From: Halovenus sp.
GTDB taxonomy: Archaea > Halobacteriota > Halobacteria > Halobacteriales > Haloarculaceae
Direction: 5' to 3'
Length of the DNA: 40,243 nucleotides
Assembly: GCA_028274925.1 (NCBI GenBank)
Contig: JAQCNR010000459.1
Span: 1-40,243, forward strand
A program made the translations under genes and the position numbers. Positions 8,590-17,125 of this stretch are shown here, one piece after another (position 1 is the stretch's first letter; the number at the start of each line of letters is the position of its first letter). The notes below the pieces were generated by a model that saw nothing but the letters and a program-made list of their open reading frames with translations, made no database searches and was not told the origin of the DNA.

Positions 8590-8976
8590 TTACACGTTCA
8601 CAACCACGACCGGCAGCGTCGTCTCAGCGAGCAGTTCCCGGACGGTTGACCCCGGGGCGTCGCCCGCCGTCGCGGGGTCACCCCGGGTCGACCCGACCAG
8701 CAGTTCGTCTGCGCCGGACTCCTCGGCGACCCGCCTGAGCACCCCGGCCACGGTTTCGTCTCCCGAACGGCCCTCAGGGTCACGAATTTCGACGGTTGGT
8801 TCGACGAGTCGCGTCCGGGCAACGTTGCCGGCGTCGCCGGCGTCGCGTTCTGAGACATCTTCTCCCGTGACCGTACAGAACACGACTGTATCTGCCTCTC
8901 CAAGGTGTGGGGCGAGATAATCGCAAGCCGCTGCCGTCGTGTGTACGGAGTCCGTGCCGACGAGGACAGTCGTCAT
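8590..8976 (-). CDS. Universal stress protein-like
   Basis: VLVGTDS ... ADELLVGSTRG ... GSTVRELL ... PVVVV. Confidence 0.8.
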   Translation of the reverse strand: MTTVLVGTDSVHTTAAACDYLAPHLGEADTVVFCTVTGEDVSERDAGDAGNVARTRLVEPTVEIRDPEGRSGDETVAGVLRRVAEESGADELLVGSTRGDPATAGDAPGSTVRELLAETTLPVVVVNV

Positions 8977-9013
8977 ACTCGAACTCTGGCCGCCGGTCTA
9001 ATATACTCGCGGG

Positions 9014-9382
9014 CTACTGACTGGTCAGGTGGAGGTGGATGAGTCGGTCACAGTCATCCTCGCCACAGACCGGACAGCAGTCGCCGGTTTGAGCTGTTGT
9101 CGCTGCCTTCGCGTCGATGTCTCCGGCGGCCAGGACGACCCGTTCGCCGCGGTGGCCGAGGCTGTAGCCGCCGTCCTCGTCGCGGACGAACCGCTCACAT
9201 AGTTTGGTGAGATGATAGTTGAACTGTCCGGGGTCGTCGATACCCACCGCTTTCCGCAGTTCCGAAAACGACAGTGGCCGGTCGGCCTCGGCCAGCGTTC
9301 GCAAAATTGCCAGTCGGTGCTCGTTGCTGAGCGTCTCCAGAGCATCGATTCCTTCTTCCCGGATGTCGCTGCGCTCGCGCAT
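9014..9382 (-). CDS. ArsR-like HTH regulator with C-terminal Cys/His motif
   Basis: LSNEHRLAIL...LSFSELRKAVGIDDPGQFNYHLTKL, with tail CCPVCGEDDCDRLIHLH. Confidence 0.8.
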   Translation of the reverse strand: MRERSDIREEGIDALETLSNEHRLAILRTLAEADRPLSFSELRKAVGIDDPGQFNYHLTKLCERFVRDEDGGYSLGHRGERVVLAAGDIDAKAATTAQTGDCCPVCGEDDCDRLIHLHLTSQ

Positions 9383-9504
9383 CTGCCTGTCACGCGGTTA
9401 GATCGTACTCCTAATATACTTTCTTCCCGCCCAGAACCTGTCACTCTGATTGATGAAATCGCCTTCGCCAAGCGGCTAAGTATCATTTCGCACAATTTTG
9501 TCCC

Positions 9505-10194
9505 GTGACGGGAGCAACACTCGAACTCGAGTTCACGACTGCCGAATCGGAACGCAGGTTCTGTTCGTCGTACCTCCCAGACGCGTGGGAGCGCTACCAG
9601 GTGAGCGACTACTGGGAACAGGGCTGGTTCTGGGCGTACAGCCAGTTCGCCGAGACGGCCATCGACTTCGACGGCGGGTTGGTTCGGTTGGTCTTCGACG
9701 GCGACCCCGACGCACTGGTGGCGGCCGAGTCCGACCGCTGGGTGGCCTTCGACGGACTCACCAACTGGACGGTCCGGCGGTACGACGAGGACGGCTACGA
9801 CAGCCTCCGCGCCCAGCAGGTCGACAGCAAGGGCGCCGTCGGCGGCGACTGGGAGTACCGGTATAAGCCACTGACCGCCGAGTTCGCGCTGGCATACCGC
9901 GAGGAGTTCGACGAGCGACTGCCGCCCTCGCCCGACCCCAGCGAAAATAATCCCCACGGACTGGGCTGTTTCGCCCTGGTACACGCACTGTTTGTCCAGA
10001 TGGGCTACCACTGGCACGAGGAGACCGACACTTACCTCCGAGGCATCGAGAACCGCCTCAAATCTATCGCGGCCCACTGCGGCGAGGAACCCGCCCGCGA
10101 GGAGTACGAGCGACTCCGTGCAGAGTTCGAGCGCTTCGAGTCGGAACTCAGGGAGTGGCTGGCGGCGAACGAACCCGGGACGGCGACGCTGTAA
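9505..10194 (+). CDS. Hypothetical protein, possibly a remote lantibiotic-dehydratase C-terminal (elimination) domain homologue
   Basis: Acidic 229-aa ORF with host-like codons and a GTG start. The coding call is solid. The family call rests only on motif order (see findings). Confidence 0.7.
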   Translation: MTGATLELEFTTAESERRFCSSYLPDAWERYQVSDYWEQGWFWAYSQFAETAIDFDGGLVRLVFDGDPDALVAAESDRWVAFDGLTNWTVRRYDEDGYDSLRAQQVDSKGAVGGDWEYRYKPLTAEFALAYREEFDERLPPSPDPSENNPHGLGCFALVHALFVQMGYHWHEETDTYLRGIENRLKSIAAHCGEEPAREEYERLRAEFERFESELREWLAANEPGTATL

Positions 10195-10395
10195 CTACTC
10201 GGCGTCGCCGGTGAGAATGTCTACCTCGGTGTCGCGCTCGTTGTTGAGAAACTCGGGGGCACCAGCGCGGGCCTCGATGCCAGCGTCGACCATCTCGTCG
10301 TAGGCCGTGTCGATTGTCTCTGTCGCGTCGTCGGCCAGTAACTCGGCGGCGATGGCGTCTTTGGCCTGCATCTGGGAGTGGAACGGAACGTACAT
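10195..10395 (-). CDS. Small acidic hypothetical protein (66 aa)
   Basis: Acidic composition, GC-rich third positions, ATG start 38 bp after the gpmI stop. Confidence 0.55.
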   Translation of the reverse strand: MYVPFHSQMQAKDAIAAELLADDATETIDTAYDEMVDAGIEARAGAPEFLNNERDTEVDILTGDAE

Positions 10396-10433
10396 ACTCT
10401 AGTCTTCGTCTGACTCCTTGGTATGCGTTGTGC

Positions 10434-12035
10434 TTAGTCAAAAAGCGACTCGCCAGTCATCTCTGCAGGTCTGTCGATGCCGAGCAGTTCGAGCATCGTC
10501 GGCGCGATATCGGCGAGTGTGCCACCACTTCGGACCTGTCGGCCGCCCCCGGTACCGTCCGGGCCGCGGTAGAATATCGGCACGGGACTGGTCGTGTGGG
10601 CGGTGTGTGGCTGTTCGGGCGTGCCCATGTCGTCGGCGTTGCCGTGGTCCGCGGTGACGATGGCGTGGGCGCCTGCCTCGGCGAAGGCAGCGAGCAGTCG
10701 CGCGAGGTTCGCGTCGACGGCTTCGACGGCCGTGACCGCGGCGTCAAAGTCGCCCGTGTGACCAACCATATCGGCGTTGGCGTAGTTGAGCACGACCACG
10801 TCAGGGTCTGACTCTTCGATGTGGGCAACCGCGCTGTCAGTCACTCCTGCAGCGCTCATCTCGGGTTGCTGGTCGTAGGTGGCAACGTCGGGACTGGGCA
10901 CGATTTCGCGCTTCTCGCCCTCGAACTCGACCTCTCGGCCGCCGTTGAGGAAGTAAGTCACGTGGGGGTACTTCTCGGTCTCTGCAATCCGCAGTTGCGT
11001 CAGGCCACTCGCGGCCAGCACCGCACCCAGCGTGCTCTCGGGTCGGTTCGGCGGGAACGCAACCGGCAACTCGAAGGTTTCGTCGTACTGCGTCATCGTG
11101 ACGAACTCGATAGCTGGCGGTGTCGTCTCGGCGGTCCAGACGGGGTCGATGTCGGCGAGCATTCGCGTGAGTTGGCGGGCACGGTCCGAGCGGAAGTTGA
11201 CGAAGAGCGCGGCGTCGCCGTCCTCGATGGCGTGGCCACCCTCGACTAGCGTCGGTTCGACGAACTCGTCGGTCGTCTCGCGGTCGTAGGCCACCTCGAC
11301 GGCGGCGACGGCCGAGTCGGCAGTGTACTCCGCCTCTCGGGAGACGATGGCGTCGTAGGCTCGTTTCGTCCGGTCCCAGTTCTCGTCGCGGTCCATCGCG
11401 TAGTACCGCCCCGAGACAGTGCTGACGCGGCCGGTCCCCTGCTCGTTGGCGTGTGCCCGCAGGTCTGAGAGAGAGCCCGCGCCGGATTTCGGGGCCGTGT
11501 CTCGGCCGTCGGTGAAGGCGTGAGTCGTCGCCTCGACGCCGCGGTCGGCGGCGAGTTCGACCAGCGCGTGCAGGTGTGACTGATAGGAGTGGACGCCGCC
11601 GTCGCTGACGAGTCCGAGCAGGTGGAGGCGACCACCGCTCTCCCCGACGTGGTCCAGCGCGCCCGCGATGGCTTCGTTTTCGTCGAGCGGTGGGTCTGCG
11701 GGATCATCAAACGGGCGGTCGGTGCTACTGACCGCCTCCTGACGTGGCGGCTCCGCCGCCACGCGCTCCCCGCGCCACCGCTCGATGGCGTCGGTAATGC
11801 GGGCAGATCCCTGGAGAAGTACTCGGCCAGCGCCGATGTTGAGGTGGCCGACTTCGCTGTTACCCATCTGTCCCTCGGGGAGGCCGACGCGGCGGCCGTG
11901 GACCTCGAGTTGGCCGGCCGCGGCCGTCTCCCACAGGTCGTCGACTGTCGGTGTCTCCGCGGCAGCGACGGCGTCACGGGCCATCTCGTCGGGATTGAGT
12001 CCCCAGCCGTCGAGCACGACGAGTCCGAGTTTCAT
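10434..12035 (-). CDS. gpmI: 2,3-bisphosphoglycerate-independent phosphoglycerate mutase
   Basis: VLDGWG, GQMGNSEVGH, SDGGVHS, DGRDT, GRYYAMDRD, ETEKYPHVT, DMVGHTG, TADHGN. Start at ATG 12035. Confidence 0.97.
   Translation of the reverse strand: MKLGLVVLDGWGLNPDEMARDAVAAAETPTVDDLWETAAAGQLEVHGRRVGLPEGQMGNSEVGHLNIGAGRVLLQGSARITDAIERWRGERVAAEPPRQEAVSSTDRPFDDPADPPLDENEAIAGALDHVGESGGRLHLLGLVSDGGVHSYQSHLHALVELAADRGVEATTHAFTDGRDTAPKSGAGSLSDLRAHANEQGTGRVSTVSGRYYAMDRDENWDRTKRAYDAIVSREAEYTADSAVAAVEVAYDRETTDEFVEPTLVEGGHAIEDGDAALFVNFRSDRARQLTRMLADIDPVWTAETTPPAIEFVTMTQYDETFELPVAFPPNRPESTLGAVLAASGLTQLRIAETEKYPHVTYFLNGGREVEFEGEKREIVPSPDVATYDQQPEMSAAGVTDSAVAHIEESDPDVVVLNYANADMVGHTGDFDAAVTAVEAVDANLARLLAAFAEAGAHAIVTADHGNADDMGTPEQPHTAHTTSPVPIFYRGPDGTGGGRQVRSGGTLADIAPTMLELLGIDRPAEMTGESLFD
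11683..11785. repeat. Nested inverted-repeat segment inside gpmI
   Basis: TCGAGCGGTGG (11683-11693) and CCACCGCTCGA (11775-11785) enclose GGCGGTC/GACCGCC (11714-11736) and CGTGGCGGC-TCC-GCCGCCACG (11743-11763). Confidence 0.8.
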
Positions 12036-12093
12036 ACCTGACCGTTGCGGCGCTGCCCTACGACGCTTTCGGAACGAGAGGGTCAACAGGGCG

Positions 12094-12672
12094 TCAGTCG
12101 GTCCCACCGACGTTTTCGCTACTCCTGAACGAGGGCGGGTCAGGTTCGATATTCGCGTATTCCACTGTTCGTTTGCCGAGCACGGCGACTCGGTCTGCCA
12201 TCTTCTCGTCGACGAATTCGCCGCCCTCGAACTGACTGGACGCGTTCGGGACCACTGCCTGATGGGGAATTACCCAGGCGTTGAGCGCTCGACAGACTGA
12301 CCGCAGATGCTCGACTGTCCCGGTTGGAAACCCGCCACCGGCGATACCAAGTAGGCCCACCGTCGTGTTCTCGAACTCGTCGAATCCCGAGTAATCGAGG
12401 GCGTTCTTTACCACTCCAGAGTACGAGCCGTGATACATCGGTGAGGCGAGGATGACTGAATCGGCGTCCCTGAGTTCTCTTTGCAGTCGGTCGGCGTCAC
12501 CGACGTCGCGGTTGTCGGGGTCGAACATCGGCAACTCGTACTCCCGAAGGTCGATCCTGGTCGTCGTTGCGCCGAACGCTGCTGCTTCATCCAGTGCGTG
12601 GCCCAGCGCAACGCGGGTGTAGCTGGCGTCTCTGAGGCTGCCGCAGAGTCCTGCGACGTGTGGGTCGCTCAT
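12094..12672 (-). CDS. NADPH-dependent FMN reductase
   Basis: GSLRDASYT, SPMYHGSYSGVVKNALD, HLRSV. ATG 12672 has TATTTTTGA about 25 bp upstream. The frame stays open back to 12912. Confidence 0.9.
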   Translation of the reverse strand: MSDPHVAGLCGSLRDASYTRVALGHALDEAAAFGATTTRIDLREYELPMFDPDNRDVGDADRLQRELRDADSVILASPMYHGSYSGVVKNALDYSGFDEFENTTVGLLGIAGGGFPTGTVEHLRSVCRALNAWVIPHQAVVPNASSQFEGGEFVDEKMADRVAVLGKRTVEYANIEPDPPSFRSSENVGGTD

Positions 12673-12971
12673 ACACTGCGTTCGGGAGGGGGTCAAAAAT
12701 AGCCACTGGAGAGTCAGCCCCAGAACGAGGCGCTCCCGAGACAGTACGGGAAAGCAACCCACCCCAGACCGAGGCCGGCCACAATCACTAGGAAGTTCGC
12801 AAGTGTAGTGTTGGAAAACGACGAGATAGCCGATACCGAGGGTTAGGAGCGTCAACGAGAGCCCAATCAAGAGACGACAGTAGCGCTCGGCCTGTGGCTC
12901 CATGTCTACCATACGACGGCCGGGGTCGAGTGCCCACCGGAATTATGTGCCCGCAGCGAGTGGATTCGGAT

Positions 12972-13358
12972 ATGACCTCCCAACTACTCTCCGAGGACTT
13001 CGCGGAGAACATCGTCACGACTGCGCGCACAGCGACTGGCGACAGTCTCCGCTCTGTCACGTACTTCACCCGGTCTGATTTCGACCAACTGTATCTTCGC
13101 GACGACCTCGAACAGGACGCCGACCTCAACACCTTCGTCGGTCACGAGTGGCGCGGCTACCGCGAGACACAGAACGCCTACCAGCAGTCTGAACTGGGCA
13201 AATGCAAGTTCACCGTTCGCTCCTTCGAGAACGGCTACCTGCTCCGGGTCGCCGAGGACCGCCGCGGGGTCCTCATCACGACTGACGGCCTCTCGATGCA
13301 AAGTTACGAGGAGATAGCCGAGGCGCTCAAGCGGATGTTGCAGGACGCCGAGGAATAA
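12972..13358 (+). CDS. Conserved haloarchaeal hypothetical protein (DUF7522-like)
   Basis: GDSLRSVTYF...QLYLRDDL...TVRSFENGYLLRV...GVLITTD pattern. ATG at 12972 after AATTAT. Confidence 0.7.
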   Translation: MTSQLLSEDFAENIVTTARTATGDSLRSVTYFTRSDFDQLYLRDDLEQDADLNTFVGHEWRGYRETQNAYQQSELGKCKFTVRSFENGYLLRVAEDRRGVLITTDGLSMQSYEEIAEALKRMLQDAEE

Positions 13359-13413
13359 TCGCCCGTGGTATGCAACCGCCTGACTTTTGGTCTGTGGGGA
13401 CAAGAGAACTGTA

Positions 13414-14673
13414 ATGGCTAACCTCGAACTGACTGCGAAGGAACCTCCCTGTGGGGACGAGGGCGTCTGGCTGAGTTGTATCGAGTGTTCTGAGACGTTT
13501 GCGCCCTTCGAGGAGGTTCGGTTCACGTGCGATGACTGCGACGGACTGCTCGAAGTCCGGTACGCTGACCTCCCGACGTGGGACGATTTCGAGGGCGAAC
13601 GCAACGTCTGGCGCTACGCGGCAGCGCTGCCGGTCGACAACGGCGTCAGCCTCCCCGAAGGCGGCACCCAACTCCACGACGTGCCCCGCCTCGAAGAAGA
13701 AGTCGGCGTCGACCGACTGCGCGTCAAACACGAAGGGATGAATCCGACGGGCAGTTTCAAAGACCGCGGGATGACCGTCGGCACCCGCGTCGCCCAGAAA
13801 GTCGGCGTCGACCGACTGGCCTGTGCCTCGACAGGCAACACCAGTGCCGCACTGGCGGCCTACGGCGCACGCGGTGGGATGGAGACGCTCGTCCTGCTCC
13901 CGGCGGGCAAAGTCGCTGCCGGCAAGATTGCACAGGCGAGTCTCCACGGCGCACGCATTCTCGAAGTCGATGGTAACTTCGACACCTGTCTCGACATCGT
14001 GCAGGACATGGCAATGGCCGGCGAGGTGTATCTCCTCAACTCGCTGAACCCCTTCCGACTGGAAGGCCAGAAGACAATCGGCCTGGAAATCATGGAGCAG
14101 TTCCGCAACGAGGAGGGCGATTACCCCGACCGCATCGTCCTGCCGGTCGGCAACGCGGGCAACACCGCCGCGCTGTACAAGTGTTTCCGCGAACTCGTCA
14201 AAAGCGGCGCAATCGAGAAAGCGGACGTTCCGAAACTCACCGGTGTACAGGCTGCCGGCGCTGCGCCGATGGCCGAGGCCATCGAACACGGCTGGGAGGA
14301 ACACGAACGGTGGGACGACGTCGAGACTCGCGCGACGGCAATCCGCATCGGTAACCCGGTCAACGCCCCGAAAGCGCTGCCGGGAATCCGCCAGACTGGC
14401 GGCACCGCCACGGCTGTCTCTGACGAGAAGATTACCGAGGCCCAGCGTGACCTCGCAGAAGAAGGCGTCGGCGTCGAACCCGCCTCAGCAGCCTCGATTG
14501 CTGGCCTCCGAAAACTCCGCTCGGAGGGCGTCATCGGTTCGGACGAACAGGTCGTCTGCCTCACGACCGGCCACCTGCTCAAAGACCCCGAGGCCGCCGC
14601 CGAGGCCGGTTCCGAACCCGAATCTGTTCCGGGAACAACCGAGGGCGTCCGCGAGTATCTCGACGCTCACTGA
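13414..14673 (+). CDS. thrC: Threonine synthase
   Basis: N-terminal CxxC/CxxC, NPTGSFKDRG PLP lysine, CASTGNTSA, EGQKT, VGNAGN, EPASA, TGHLLKDP. Confidence 0.95.
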   Translation: MANLELTAKEPPCGDEGVWLSCIECSETFAPFEEVRFTCDDCDGLLEVRYADLPTWDDFEGERNVWRYAAALPVDNGVSLPEGGTQLHDVPRLEEEVGVDRLRVKHEGMNPTGSFKDRGMTVGTRVAQKVGVDRLACASTGNTSAALAAYGARGGMETLVLLPAGKVAAGKIAQASLHGARILEVDGNFDTCLDIVQDMAMAGEVYLLNSLNPFRLEGQKTIGLEIMEQFRNEEGDYPDRIVLPVGNAGNTAALYKCFRELVKSGAIEKADVPKLTGVQAAGAAPMAEAIEHGWEEHERWDDVETRATAIRIGNPVNAPKALPGIRQTGGTATAVSDEKITEAQRDLAEEGVGVEPASAASIAGLRKLRSEGVIGSDEQVVCLTTGHLLKDPEAAAEAGSEPESVPGTTEGVREYLDAH

Positions 14674-14807
14674 TCGCTGTCGTCGCGCTTTTCGTCCGGG
14701 TCCCACTCTCCGTCGCCGGTGTTGCCGCCGTGTGCCGGATGGTCCGGGACGTGTGTGAGCATCGCTCGCTGGAACGCTCGCTTGAGTTTCTTGCGAAGTG
14801 ACCCCAT
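14667..14807 (-). CDS. Putative 46-aa small protein (below the ORF-track cut-off)
   Basis: MGSLRKKLKRAFQRAMLTHVPDHPAHGGNTGDGEWDPDEKRDDSDQ*. Fills the intergenic gap, the stop overlaps the thrC end, and ATG is 24-31 bp from TTAAGTAA. Confidence 0.55.
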   Translation of the reverse strand: MGSLRKKLKRAFQRAMLTHVPDHPAHGGNTGDGEWDPDEKRDDSDQ

Positions 14808-14828
14808 ACCGCCAGAGAGGACTCCGAG

Positions 14829-14840
14829 AGTTAAGTAACT
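14829..14840. promoter_or_regulatory. Probable bidirectional TATA element
   Basis: AGTTAAGTAACT (near-palindrome) centred between the divergent ATGs at 14807 and 14859. Confidence 0.5.
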
Positions 14841-14858
14841 GCGCCCGACACACCGGAT

Positions 14859-15833
14859 ATGGAAGAGAACCTTCGTCGCGGGCTCTCCGCCGTGTTCTGG
14901 AACACCGACCAGCGGCGGTTCCGTGCCCCGTTTCGCTTCGCTATCTCGTCGATTATCGTGCTGGTGTTCGTGCTTCTGCTTGGTCTCGTTGCCTTCATCG
15001 TCGGGAGCGCTGTCGGCGACCTCGGCCCGGTTCTGGCTGCCGTCGCTGAGATTACCTCTCTGTTCGCACTGGTCGGTGCTGTGCTCGCTGTCTCCTGGAT
15101 TGTCGACCGCCGACAGTTTCGCGATATTGGGCTCGGCTTCGATACCGCGTGGCGGCGAGCCTTCGGCGTCGGGCTTGCGATTGGGACAGTAATGGTCGTC
15201 GCTGTTGTCGCAGTCGTCCTCCTCACCACTGGCCGCCTTGACGGCACCCTTCTCACCCGTGACGGGACACTGTTTGCCGGGCTATCGGTGCCGGTGGGCC
15301 TGCTCGTCGCTGGCGCGTACTTTCTCGCTATCGGGGCGCTCGAAGAACTGATCTTCCGGGGCTACGTGCTGGTCAACGTCGCAGAAGGTTCGCGGATTGT
15401 GCTCGAGGGCCGCACTGCAACGCTGCTCGCGGCAGGCGTCAGTGCCGCGCTGTTCGGCCTCGTCCACGCCGGCAACCCGAACGCAAGCGTGGTGAGTACG
15501 CTCATCATCACGCTCTTTGGCCTCTTGCTTGCCGGTGCGTACGTCCTGACTGACTCGCTGGCGCTACCCATCGGTATTCACACGGGCTGGAATTTCGTCC
15601 TCGGGCCGGTGTTCGGCCTCCCGGTCAGCGGCCTCACGACCAGCGTTGCCCTCGTTGATGTCGACGCTGGAGACGCAGCGCTCACTGGTGGGCAGTTCGG
15701 ACCGGAAGGAGGCGTCGTTGCGCTCGTCGGCCTGCTTGTCGGTGCTGGCCTGCTTGCTGGCTGGCTCAGGTGGAGCCGCGAGCTTTCGGTTAGCGAACAG
15801 GTCGCGGAACCTGACCTGTGGCGACGTTCGTAG
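14859..15833 (+). CDS. CPBP (CAAX protease/Abi) family intramembrane metalloprotease
   Basis: EELIFRG, FGLVH, IGIHTGWN and GPEGG motifs, with many TM segments. Confidence 0.92.
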   Translation: MEENLRRGLSAVFWNTDQRRFRAPFRFAISSIIVLVFVLLLGLVAFIVGSAVGDLGPVLAAVAEITSLFALVGAVLAVSWIVDRRQFRDIGLGFDTAWRRAFGVGLAIGTVMVVAVVAVVLLTTGRLDGTLLTRDGTLFAGLSVPVGLLVAGAYFLAIGALEELIFRGYVLVNVAEGSRIVLEGRTATLLAAGVSAALFGLVHAGNPNASVVSTLIITLFGLLLAGAYVLTDSLALPIGIHTGWNFVLGPVFGLPVSGLTTSVALVDVDAGDAALTGGQFGPEGGVVALVGLLVGAGLLAGWLRWSRELSVSEQVAEPDLWRRS

Positions 15834-15946
15834 CGCGCAGACAACCCCCTCGTTTCAGCTCGAACATGGTTGCAGTCGTGTGATTCACTCCCGTGAAAAA
15901 CACTTTCACTCCGCCTCGTCAGACATAGCTCGAACCGTTGAGGGTT

Positions 15947-16993
15947 CTACTCCTCGATGATTCCGTCGCCGGAGACACGCATCACGCCTTCACCGTCGGC
16001 GAGGTTTGGCGCGTCGACCAGACGAACAATTCGTTTGTTGTTCTTGGACTTGCGCAGGTAGATGCGGAACGTCGAGGTGTGGCCGAGAATATTTCCGCCG
16101 ATTGGCTGTGTCGGGTCGCCGAAGAACGAATCGGGGTTGGAGGCGACTTGATTCGTGACGACGACTGCGGTGTTGTTGAGGTCACCCACGCGCATCAGGT
16201 CGTGGAGATGTTTGTTCAGTTTTTGCTGGCGCTCGGCGAGTTTTCCTCGACCGACGTACTCTGCTCGGAAGTGTGCGGTCAGCGAGTCGACACAGAGCAG
16301 TCGAACCGGGAACTCGTCGTCTTGGCTCTCGCTTGCAATCTCTTGGGCTTTCTCGGCAAGGAGAATCTGGTGGTTGGAGTTGAAGGCTTTCGCGACGTGA
16401 ATCTTGTCGAGAATCGATTCGACCAGTTCAACCAGTAGTTCTTCGTTGCCAGCGTCGGCCTCGCCCTCTTCGGCGATTTCGTGGAGCACCATCGTGTCCT
16501 CGATAATTTCATCAGCGAGACCTCGAACCATGTCGTCGATTCGCTCTGGTCGGAAGGTGTCCTCACTGTCGACGAAGATTGCGCTGCCTTCCAGCCCGCC
16601 GTGTTCGGCCGGGAGCTGGACGTTGACCGAGAGCTGGTGGGTCACCTGCGATTTTCCGGAGCCGAACTCGCCGTAGACTTCGGTGATGGACTGCGTTTCG
16701 ACGCCGCCGCCGAGCAGTTCGTCTACCTCGTCGACGCCCCACGTGAGCTTGCCAATCTGCTCACGGCGCTCGAGCACTGTAGCGCCGCTCTCGAAGCCGC
16801 CGATGTCTGCTGCCTCTCGGGCGGCCTGAATGATATCTGCCGCGCTCGACTCGCCAATATCGGCTGTGTTCGAGAGTTCGCCCGGGCTCGCGACTGCGAT
16901 TCCCTGATAGCCGTCAAATCCGTTGTCTTGTAGCTTCTCTGCTGTGGCCGGACCGACACCCGGCAGCTCTTCGAGGTCTTCCTGTGTTGCCAT
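15947..16993 (-). CDS. radA: DNA repair and recombination protein RadA
   Basis: LPGVGPATA HhH, GEFGSGKS Walker [28 protein letters not shown]. No intein. Confidence 0.98.
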   Translation of the reverse strand: MATQEDLEELPGVGPATAEKLQDNGFDGYQGIAVASPGELSNTADIGESSAADIIQAAREAADIGGFESGATVLERREQIGKLTWGVDEVDELLGGGVETQSITEVYGEFGSGKSQVTHQLSVNVQLPAEHGGLEGSAIFVDSEDTFRPERIDDMVRGLADEIIEDTMVLHEIAEEGEADAGNEELLVELVESILDKIHVAKAFNSNHQILLAEKAQEIASESQDDEFPVRLLCVDSLTAHFRAEYVGRGKLAERQQKLNKHLHDLMRVGDLNNTAVVVTNQVASNPDSFFGDPTQPIGGNILGHTSTFRIYLRKSKNNKRIVRLVDAPNLADGEGVMRVSGDGIIEE

Positions 16994-17041
16994 ACTCCTC
17001 GCTTGTGCCCCCTTGTACATAAAGCCCCGTTAACAGCGTGG

Positions 17042-17052
17042 TGAAACTGAAA
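17042..17052 (-). promoter_or_regulatory. TTTCAGTTTCA, candidate DNA-damage response motif upstream of radA
   Basis: One mismatch to the TTTCACTTTCA motif described for UV-induced Halobacterium genes. Lies 49-59 bp before the start and upstream of TATA-like TTTATG. Confidence 0.65.
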
Positions 17053-17125
17053 CTGGCCAACGATGACGGTCCTCTCGGTAGTTGGGTGCGAACGTTTAGA
17101 ACAGATAGCGAGACAACTGCCCTCG

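Noticed and set aside
8645-8695. Apparent inverted repeats inside the USP gene
   Set aside because: They fall on the normal GS(T)RG...GST USP motif in GC-rich codons; no insertion evident.
15947-16993. Acidic insertion in RadA as a possible intein
   Set aside because: Short, no intein terminal motifs, and typical of haloarchaeal RadA.
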